Shown one piece after another: positions 13,217-23,049 of a stretch of DNA of 34,978 nucleotides. Source of the DNA: Welwitschia mirabilis (taxonomy: Eukaryota); contig JBOZIK010000001.1 in the NCBI GenBank assembly GCA_051453625.1, positions 6,721,103 to 6,756,080 of the forward strand. The letters are read 5' to 3'. How positions within the stretch are numbered: position 1 is the stretch's first letter; each line of letters begins with the position of its first letter. Under the pieces are notes generated by a model. The model saw only the letters and a program-made list of their open reading frames with translations. It was not told the DNA's origin and did not search any database. Made by a program: the position numbers and the translations under genes.

Positions 13217-16200
13217 GCTTGTTTTAGGTCATATAAATCCTCGTTTAATTTATACACATGTTTGGGTAATTTCGGATTAATAAATCCAGGAGGTTGAGCC
13301 ATGTAAGCTTCTTCCTTAATATAACCATTAAAAAAGACACTTTTGACATTCATCTGATATAACATGATTTTATGATAATAAGCAAAAGAAAGAATCATTT
13401 TTATTGCTTAAAATCTAGCGACTAAGGTGAAGGTTTTTCCATAATCAATTCCTTCCTGCTGACTATATCCTTGAGATACTACTCTATCTTTATTTTGAAT
13501 GACGTTGTGATGTTCATATTTCTTGTTTTAAAAAATCCACTTAGTTTCAATGATGTGTTTTTCTTGACGAGGAGGAACTAAGTCCTAAACTTTATTTCTT
13601 CCAAACTGATTTAACTCTTTATATATGGCTAGCATTCATGCTTCATCATGTTCTGCTTTTTGAAAAGTCTTAGATGCTAGGGAAGAACCAAAGCACAAAA
13701 GACTATGAATTATGCTTTTATCACTTCTCATTGTTGTTCATTGTCCTCGATTACTTATGATATTTTCTTAGGGGTTATCTCTCTTAGTCATAAGAGTAAG
13801 AGAGAAATATTTATTTGTATTAACTATTTTAGTTTATTTAGATGTTTATTGTTCATCATGATTTATAGAAATAGGAATGGTTATGTTATCTTTAATTCTT
13901 GTAATAGGAGAAGCATCTTATTTTGTGTTGTTCACTTTAACATGGGCAAATTCTTCTAACTTATAAGATGATTTGTCGTAGACTCCATATGCCTTATTTG
14001 ACATGGAATACTCCAAGAATGTTTTTTCATCAGCCTTAGATTCAAATTTATCAGTTGTACCTTTGTCCTTAAGAATTAAACACTTACTGCCCCACACTTT
14101 GAAGTAATGAAAGGTTTCTTGCTATGCCATAATTTATATGTTTTCTTACTTATCCCTAGTCATAAGAAAACTCTATTATTTATGTAATAGGCAGTGTTTA
14201 CATCTTTAGCCCAAAAGTGTTGTGATAAAGCTTATTCATTTAACAGGGTTCTCTTCATTTTAATGAGAATCCTATTCTTTTTTTTAGCCATACCATTCTA
14301 TTGAGGAGTTTTAGGGGTAGATAATTGATGAAGGATTCCGTTGTTGTCATAATATTTTCAAATTTCTCATTCACAAATTCATCTATTCTATTAGGCTAAA
14401 TTTTCTTGATGGTATGCCCTTTTTAATTTTGAATTTTTTTATAGATTTTCCCAAACATTTCAAAATCTTCTTCCTTGTTTGACAGAAAAGATACCCAACT
14501 GAATCTTGAAAAATCATCAGCCATGATTAGAAAATATGTTCTTCCTCCTATGCTTCTAGTCTACATTGGTCCTATCAAATCCATATAGATTAAATCTCAG
14601 GGTCTAACAAAAAATATTTTCATTTTACTTTTGGCATAAGAATAACATATCATGGCTTGGAAACATATAGTTTGGGCAATTATATTATAATATCGTTAGA
14701 GAAAATATTCTTTAGGTCTTTCAAGTTCAGGTGCCCTAACCTTCTATGCCAAAGATTGACATCTTCATCATTGGCCATATAGCATATATCACTTATTTTC
14801 TTATCACTGTCCAAATATTACATGCATTTAAATCTATTGCTAGTGAGAATGATGTTATTAGAGAGAGAATTTCACACTACCCACTTTTCTTTATAAAATA
14901 AAATGATATTACCCTTGCTACGAATCTAAGAAATACTGAGTAGATTGCGTTTCAAACCTTTTACAAGATAGACATCATTAATGGTGGGATGATGCTTGTT
15001 TGCATGCCAAAATTGACATTATAAACAAGTATAATTGATTAATTAACATAGGGAGAAACATTAACAAGATTATTTTATTACATATCAATCTTTTATTCCC
15101 TTTATATTGTTTTTAATGCAATTATGGATTTCCCTCAACATTAGCAAGTTTATTAATGGCTTTTGAAGAATACTTTTAAAATTGACTGATTTCTAGCATC
15201 AAACGCTAACGCCACTAGCTAGGACTATCGGTATCATTGACCTTTTGAGGAAAAACTTATAAACTCTCATGTTCCTATACCATCTCAAGGAATTCATTAC
15301 ATTTCACTTATGGGCTCAATCGGATATAAATCATATCTAACCTTAAATTGTGGTAACACTTAGCAGAAGTACAAATTGGCACATCATAATGACATGTGGC
15401 ATAATGAGGATGATCAAGACAAAGATACATGACGTGGCAATCATTGAGAGCATCATCAACAGCTAAAGGACACGTTATCACCATGTTTACACTTGAAGAC
15501 AAAGAAATACTCTTTATGGCTACATGCCAAATACACCAACACTCATGTGGTGGATGAGATTATGCCTCCATGCTGAGCCTTAAGGACTTGACGATTTAGT
15601 GGATGTTTCACGGTGCATCAATCATTAGAGCAAAGATGGAACGAAAGATGAATTGATTAGATCTTTAGAGCACCCCATTCCCTTGCGTTATTAACTGAAG
15701 AGCATTTTAATTCTTAATTCTGATTTTTATTGTGTTTGAGTTTTTCATTATAATTTAGAATAATCTTATTTCTCTTGATTAACTTACCACTTATATCCCT
15801 ATGAAAAAATGATTATGGGTGTAAACTTAGATAAACCTGGATCATTGCAAAGCTATAATCAATGTTGGTTTGGTAGGAATAGAACCTTTACCAATAATTT
15901 GTCCTTGACTATTATCACCAAAGGTGACTTCTTCACCATTATAGTCTTGAAAGGAAGTAAGCAACTTCTTGTTACATGTCTAGAGAAACCACTATTAAGG
16001 TATTATTTAGCTCTTTCTTGAGCCTTGAACATAGCATAAGCAAATAAGAATGTGGTAGTATTCTTTCTTATCATTGCAGGTTGCTCTTATTACATTATTG
16101 ATTGAGAGGTTTCTTGACAAATTTCATGTTATTATTGAATCCAAAGTAGGAAGATTTTTTATAGGAACAAGTAAATGGGATATGACCATTTTGGTTCCAA

Positions 16201-17703
16201 AAGTGATATTTTAAGTTTACCCTACTAAAGAATTGATACTTAACACTTGGATCAAAGATTTAGAAATGGGAGGATACATTATCAAGGGTACCTAACCTAG
16301 ATTTGTCATATGGACTTCTTTCTATTCCTAAGAGCTTGTTTGAATTTTTTTCCCCTTGAATTAAACCAATTGGCTATCAATTTTTCATCTTCAAGTACTC
16401 CTATTAAGGAATGGATTTTTGAGTTAGCATCTTTTAGCCTGATCTCTAGATCAACTATAACTTTTTTGTACAAAATGTTTTTCTTACTAAGATTTAGGCT
16501 AATCAAATAAAGATTTTCATAAGCATCTAAGAGTTCATCCTATTTAAAATTCAAATTGTCACAATCATGAAAGTCATTTTCTAAAGCTATTTGATCATTA
16601 CTCAATAAGAAGACACTAGTAGTAAAATAGTGGAGGATTGGGGTACATACCTCATTTATCACAGCAAGAAGTCCAAAAGTCATAGCTTCTTTGTCATCAC
16701 TTGAATGAAAAAGGACCACATCAGAGTCATCATCCCATATTGCCTTTAGCATCTTTTTTTTTTTTATTTTTCTTTTGATTTCATATATCTCTTCTCATTT
16801 GCATAATCTGAAGCAACTTGACCAAATCCTTTATATTCATAACATTGAATTGATGATAATAATTTCTTATCTTTTTCATTTCCATATTTGATTGGTCTCC
16901 TTGCACTTTTTCCTTCTTTCTATTTTCTGAGAAACCTTTTGAAGTTCCTTATCAATAAAGTAAGATCTTCATCACATTCATCTTTGCATGAAGGATCTTC
17001 TTCTTCTCCTTTAAAGGCTTTAAGTGCTATACTTTGCTTTTTGGGTGCTTCATCTTCTACAAAATAATTACCTCATAAGCCATTAAAGAACCTACTAGCT
17101 CCTCCACCTTCATTTGATCCTTGTCTTTGCTTTTTTCAATGGCCATAATTTTTCATCTAAAGTTTGGGGTTAGACATTTGAGAATTTTCCTAATTACCTT
17201 TGAAGAGCTCTTTCTCTAAGGCCCTCAATATTATTGACAATGTTGTTGATTGTGGTTGTATATTCAACCACAGATTTGATTTCCTCCATCTTGATATTTA
17301 TAAACTTAGTAGCAAGCAATTATAGCTTTACATTTTTGACCACATTCTTTCCTTCATGAGTAATCTTTAGGGTTTTCCATATATCTTTGGCTATTGTGCA
17401 TTAGACTACTCCTTCATACTTGTCATTAGATAAGGCACATATGATAGCGTTCATTACTTAAGCGTTAAGCTGAGCCTTCCACTTGTCATCAGGATTCCAT
17501 CCACTTGTAGCTTTCAGAGTAGTATCACCATTGTTGTCCAATTTTGTAAGAAGTTAATATCCTTTCAGAACCATTTCCAAAATATCTAGAACTAAAGAAT
17601 TCATAAAGATTATCATTTTTGACTTCCAGTGAGCATAGTTGGTACTAATGAAGAATGGTGGTTTTATAACAGCCTATTCTTTTAGGTAGCTTGAGGATGT
17701 CAT
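13217..17703 (-). pseudogene. Copia gag-pol relic (gag with two zinc knuckles, protease, integrase, N-terminal RT)
   Basis: Gag start MTSSSYLKE*AVIKPPFFISTNYAHWKSKM (17703). Knuckles IQCYEYKGFGQVASD (~16830) and HFWNQNGHIPFTC (~16190). Protease YLNSGFSRHVT (~15990) and VTFGDNSQGQIIGKG. Integrase DDFSRFSWVSFL (~14500), TPQ*NGMA and FWAKDVNTAYY. RT LYQMNVKSVFFNGYIKEEAYMAQPPGF...LYDLKQA (ORF 13177-13398). Confidence 0.92.
14997..15861. mobile_element. Nested insertion in the Copia pol, probably a solo LTR
   Basis: It separates GKGSIPTK from PTINDVYLVKGLKRNLLSI, which are normally nearly adjacent. Ends are TG...CA with a near-matching 5-bp TSD (atgct / atgtt). An alternative right end, gggtgtaaac at 15817-15826, is an imperfect inverted repeat of the left end. 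Confidence 0.65.
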
Positions 17704-17754
17704 AAAGTTCTAAACCTAAAAACACAAATATTCAAACGAATCTAGAGCAACCAG

Positions 17755-17766
17755 GCTCTGATACCA
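17755..17766 (-). promoter_or_regulatory. Primer binding site for initiator tRNA-Met
   Basis: The - strand reads TGGTATCAGAGC, the canonical plant Copia PBS, 2 bp from the LTR end. Confidence 0.92.
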
Positions 17767-17768
17767 GT

Positions 17769-18901
17769 TATTAGAATTGTAAAGGCATCCTAGAGCAAGG
17801 TGAATAGGGTGTTTTATAAACTTTTCTATCAAATTATTTTTAGCTAAAATAACCCTTAAGAATAATAGCTAATAAAATTAGTGAAAACAGAAAACCATAA
17901 AATACAAGGAATACTTCAAAATTTTATAGCAGTTTGTCCTTTTGGCTACTCCACTCTAAGGGGGTAGCAACAGCTTCTAGCCCCTTGGTTTGCTTAGCTC
18001 TTCAAATTTACAGAACCCTTTCCTTAGGGATGTTAATTCCTTAAAATGCTCTTCTTCCAAGATACTTAACAACAATGCTCAAACTTGAGTATACAATAGA
18101 ATGAAACAATTATAATTTGATGGATATAGAATGCCTAGAAATGCACTAAACATTAGGTTGGAAGTACAATAACTCAAAGAATAAAATACTCATTTTGGAG
18201 TAATGGCTCAGAAAAGTGCCTTTTTTACAATAATGGATAGTTCAAAAGTTTTGTACAACTTTGTTCCCCTTGCTATCATCTTCATCAGGCTTTTATGCAA
18301 GAGTTGACTCAAAATATAGCTATTATAATCTCAAAAGGTGAGCCCTCAATATTGGTTAAAATGCCTGCAAATCTCTATACTTGTTGCCTTATCGAAATGC
18401 TAAATCAAATGTTTAGAAAAATTGACTTTTGGCTTCAATGTTTGCTTGACCAGACATCCCATTTAGAAAATCCGGACATCCTAGTTTTAATATTTGACCC
18501 TGTAATAAATTGACTAAATGACTGGATATCCCATTTCATGTCTCGGACTTCCCCTTTTCATTTTGCCAAAAACAGGCCTGGACGTCCTGATAAAGGACTT
18601 AGACATCCTCATACATAGAGGTCGTATGCAGGAGCAGACGACGCAGTTTTTAGATCTAGTCATCCCTATACAAATTAGGTGTGTATTGGGCAGATGTCCT
18701 GGTTTCATATTTAGATGTTCCCATATGCACATTCACTAGATTTCTCAGTTTTGGCTCTTTTGAGATAGCGCAGTTGGGTCTGGTGCCTTTCAAAGATACT
18801 GCACATATTTTTCTAAGGGCTTTTTCATGCTTAGTTTATTCTTTTTTGAGCTTTGGACTATCTACTGAGTCCACTGGTTATCATTGAAACATAAACCTTC
18901 A
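17769..18901 (-). repeat. 5' LTR of the Sirevirus-like Copia (~1.13 kb)
   Basis: Abuts the PBS. Contains ggtgaatagg near 17800 and a cluster of GGACGTCC-like palindromic variants at ~18450-18720. The far end gttatcattgaaacataaaccttca reads TGAA... on -. Confidence 0.75.
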
Positions 18902-18949
18902 ATAAAAAGGACTAGCCTCACCTATATTCTTAACTTTTGAGTTGCATAA

Positions 18950-19750
18950 AATATAGAGAGGATTGAAAATTGCCAAAAGCCATTTAGCATGTTCAGAGGC
19001 AACCTATCATTGTAGCTCAAAAATTTCTTTCCAAGCTTAAGAATTGAAACAAGAATGAATGGCCATTTTAATGGTGAGAAAAGGGCCTTGCTTACACAAA
19101 TGTGGAATTCTAAGAGTACCTAACTCAATTGGAAGGATACAATTTTCCCAACCAATTTTATGAAATCCTTTTTTAGTAGGTCGAGTATACCATGAAAAAA
19201 AGAAAAGAAAAGTATGGATGTGGACACATGAAAAGCTTTAGCTAAAGAAATTATAAATCTTAGAAACAAAACTAGAATAGCTAAAAGAATGTCTCTAACA
19301 AATGCTCAATGCCCTGCTAAGATCAATGGTTCAGGGTGCCATTTTTGGACTTTTCCCTTAATCTTCTAGAGCACAGGCTTTCAATGTGTGCATCATGTGA
19401 ACTTAAAAGGGAGGAAAAATTCCTAATAATCTAAAGGATTTGTTCGGTTGAACCCAGGTAATTTGAATATCTAAATTTTAATCATTCATTATGTGCTGCT
19501 AGTTGGTAACAATCTTTTGTTGAGACCAACATCACTACAAGTAAAAACTTGGGGACTCTTAAAATGAAAAGGAAGGATCTCCAGTTGTCCATTCTGTTGG
19601 TGTCGAAACACTAGTAAAGAAATTCTTCTTTGGCCTTCTCTAAACATATTCTTGAGGTTTTTCAAGTTAGATTTTGAAAGTCAAAGGCATTTAAGCCCCA
19701 AACCTTTTTACGTATTTTCACTAAACAAGATTGGATAAAGTGTGGATGGT
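18950..19750 (-). mobile_element. L1-type LINE ORF2 fragment (region after RT), decayed
   Basis: The - strand gives LVGWENCILPIELGTLRIPHL (~19155-19095), similar to the plant LINE consensus LV.W..IC.PK..GGLGI..L. An AGR..LV..IL.AI-like stretch lies at ~19270-19320. Boundaries are approximate. Confidence 0.6.
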
Positions 19751-19949
19751 AAGCAAACTTAAATGCTTTTTAAGCAAATGGCTTATATAGTTTCAATGAT
19801 CCTTGAAACATGATCATTATTAACATATTGATAAGTGTACTATAGTACAATTGAAAATTTCCATATCAACAGAAAACCTTTCTTTATATGAACGTTTAAA
19901 TTGTGTTAGGCAAGCCAAGAGTAAGAAATCATTAACAATTGCATTACCA

Positions 19950-21750
19950 TTGAAATCAATGGTGAAGGCCATCAGAGAATCTCCGGCGCAGAGAGTGGTG
20001 GCCAATGGAAGGGGAGAAGCCCTTCCTAAAGTGAAGAGATTGTTGCTATGTCCGGTGTCAAGCAGTCCATCTACAGCAGAAAGTTTCTTCCCTGATACCA
20101 TCTTATTTTGCTCTTAACAGTAGCGATGGATCTGTTCAGAATGACAAGATTTTTGATCAAATATCAAGCTCTGATTTCTCTTGAAAATAAAGATGGAGAA
20201 CTGGAAACAAGAGAATTTGTACGTTTGTCCTCATGTGGATCTGACCAAACTACTCCTGAAATTTCAGTGTCCGATGAGAAAGAAAAAGATGACAATTGCA
20301 CAACAACAGATAAACAATATCTAAGTGAAAATTCAAGATGTGTCGCAGATAAAAGACGCTTGGTCTGGATGGTCTTTCTTCTCTGCTATTGTTTCCCTGC
20401 CTAAGCTTCCCGTCATGCAGTCACCTTTGCTGCAAACGTACCTCCTTCTTTTTCCGCAATTAAATGCATTAAAAGGTAAGCCCATGAACGGCATTCACGC
20501 TCTTCTTCATGCTTTAAACTCGCTAACAGTGTGCTTCAAAATTGCTGACCATTCAAATAGCCATGCCAGCAAAAACATTAAAGTACCTTCTGCAGAATAT
20601 AATGCAGCTACTACATAACTTAATTGCAGTCCTCATGCAAGCATTCACACTGACACTGATTGCAGAGAATCGAGTGAAACAGTGCAAGGAGGCGCGTCAA
20701 AATTCACAGCCATAGCTCTTTCTGCCGGGCATCAGAAACAAGTCGAGAAAGATACATGTATTCTGGTCCACAGAAAGATAACAGTGGAACCTCTGCGATT
20801 CCCTTCTCCATGGTAAAACACGGAGCCGGCACCATCACAGCCTTGAATAGCTCATCCCCAGCCTTATGGCAGGTGATATCCAACAGATAAACTAGCCGAG
20901 GCTGAGACATCACGCTGTAGCGCTTGCGAAAGTTAGCAGAGTGGTAAGATCAAATGTGGTTCTTCTCAAAGTTTCCAAAAAGTTGCAGACGAGTTTTCGC
21001 ATAGGAAGTTAAGCCCCGGTTTGCAATTCCAGAAACAACACAGAAGAAGCCTTCGACGGCTTTTGGATAATACTGCTACCAATGATGATGTCGCTCTTCC
21101 CTCTGCTGTCAGAACCACGACATTTTTATTCAATGCTCCCAAGCTTTCGCCTCGCTTGAGTTTGACAAAGATCTGTAAACCTTAGGCAGACCAAATGACA
21201 TTCAGAAATTACTACTGATAGAATGGATTTTCTTCTAATTTGGGATCCTTTGTTCTTTTACGGCTTATCCTTTTCACAAGTGTCGAAAGAAGCTTTGTCT
21301 ACGTCCTTTCAGTCTCCGCTAGTTGCTTCTTGGGTATGCACACTCATGTCCCGAGATCCTGGAGCAGAAGAAAATGAACCAGTGCTTGCAACTTTGGATG
21401 GAGATTCTGCGTTAGCAGAGGTAAGTGGGTCTATGCAATCCTTGCGTAATTTCTGAAGTATCTCTGCTGCTTTTTCTTTTATGGTTGGCTCTTTGATCTG
21501 GAAGGTGCACAGTAATGGACTGCCAGTTCTAGAATCGTTTATACTGCCCGAATCGCCGCATGAGTTCTCTCTAAGTTGGGATTCAAGATTGATTTTCCGT
21601 TCCGTTCAATAAAATGTCTTTAGGGCCTGCGACTACAAATCACGCAGACTAATTCTTCATGCGAAGCAATTCATTCTTTGGCCATCAATAATTGCTCAAG
21701 GCAGAAACAGATAATAAAACAGGGATTTGAAATGCTCATATCGCCGATGT
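19950..21750. other. Non-TE island with higher GC and retained CpGs, function unknown (lncRNA, small spliced gene, pseudogene or foreign DNA)
   Basis: Frequent CG dinucleotides (ccggcgcag, ggagccggc, aatcgccgc) against CpG-poor flanks. Only short ORFs under 100 aa on both strands, no recognised domain, several splice-like signals. Confidence 0.55.
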
Positions 21751-22382
21751 TTGTTGGAATTCACACACTGGATAAATACACACAAAAGCTGTTCATGAAT
21801 TTTTATGGGATACTGTTTTCCCCTTTTAGTTTCTTAAATCTGTCCAAATGCTTGCTAAATTAGGAGTAAATATTGTTGTTTGGAGCCAAACTTTAAATTA
21901 TACAAGATAATTATAAAATAAAAAATAAAATTTTCAAAAACTTTATGCTTTTATTTTTACTAAACTGAAATAAATCTCTTCTTCAATTCGTTTTCTTGAT
22001 TTCATTGTACCCTAAGATAGAGTAAGAGGCAACTATTTACCCAAACAAGTTCTTCCATGTTGACCTGCACACCTTCTTTCCTTCCTGTTCCCTTGACCAA
22101 AATACATGCACCAATAGACTTGTTTCAATTAATTTTGAAAGCGGAAGCTACACAGAATGTCTGAATAGTAGACTTGAAAGCATTGATTTTACTATTTCTA
22201 ATACCAAAAAAGTATCATCAGCATACTATTTGAAAGGAAAGGATTTTTCACTCCTATGGATCAATTCCTTGTAACAAATACAAAATTAAATTTAATTACT
22301 TAAAAGATCATAAAAGTGTCTCTGATTCAAAATTAAGCATGATGTATGCCTTTGACATTATTTTCAATAAAAATATAAAGAC

Positions 22383-22612
22383 ATTGTTGCTTATAAAACT
22401 AAATAATAGTTGTCATAAAGCCTCTAATTAAAGAAGGGTTTCATGCTAAAAATTAAATATCAAAAAGTATCATATAATTCTCTATGAGAGTAGGTAACAA
22501 AATTGTTGCTTATAAAACTAAATAACAGTTTTCATAAGATTTTTAATTAAAGGGTTTTATGTTAAAAATTAAAACTAAAAAAGTATGATATAATCCTGTA
22601 CGAGATTAACAA
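22383..22612 (+). repeat. Diverged tandem duplication, ~119-bp unit x2
   Basis: attgttgcttataaaactaaataa starts at both 22383 and 22502, and similarity continues along the unit. Confidence 0.85.
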
Positions 22613-23049
22613 GTCTAATATTTAAGTAATTAAAAGTTTACAGAATGTGGGATATAATAAAATTTCTCTCTATAATAAGGCTTACTTGATTTACTTCATT
22701 GTGAAGCACCTTGGACCTTAACTGAATGGAGGGCTAAAGGAAAAGGACTTAATAAGTACTAGTGCTATTTTCAATAATGATAACTAGTTTAAATTAAAAG
22801 GTTTCTAAAAGGTCATAATTGTCATTAACCTCTTACAACATTTGTTTCCTTCTTTTATATGAAAAAAATAAAAATTACCAAAAATTGGCCCTCTAAAGGA
22901 GACCCCTACAGTGATCTGTCGATGTTATAATTAAGTATAAAAATATTTTTTAGAGGAAAATAAAAAGGATTATGTGGCATTTGTTCTGTTCCACCATTCA
23001 AGTAAGGCTCTAAATAATTATAGCATAATGCAGAACACATAATCATAGA

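Larger units (their letters stand above)
13217..18901 (-). mobile_element. Degenerate Ty1/Copia retrotransposon, Sirevirus (SIRE/Maximus)-like, truncated within RT
   Basis: 5' LTR, tRNA-Met PBS, then gag-PR-IN-RT in Copia order on -. The LTR carries a GGTGAATAG end motif and repeated palindromes. Confidence 0.9.

Noticed and set aside
20089..20100. TGGTATCAG on -, PBS-like
   Set aside because: Only 9 nt match, and there is no adjacent LTR end or gag.
20811..20831. tggtaaaacacggagccggca, loosely like a miR160 target site
   Set aside because: It needs indels and several mismatches, including near the miRNA 5' end. There is no ARF GIQGARH frame and no hairpin that I could see.
21440..21480. 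KAAEILQKLRKD, recalling the N-terminus of plant YTH/ECT proteins
   Set aside because: A short generic helix. The surrounding sequence lacks the Tyr/Pro/Gln-rich region and the YTH domain.
21876..22048. TTGTTTGG...CCAAACAA, a possible Tourist-like MITE
   Set aside because: Only 8 bp of inverted match and no TAA/TTA target duplication.
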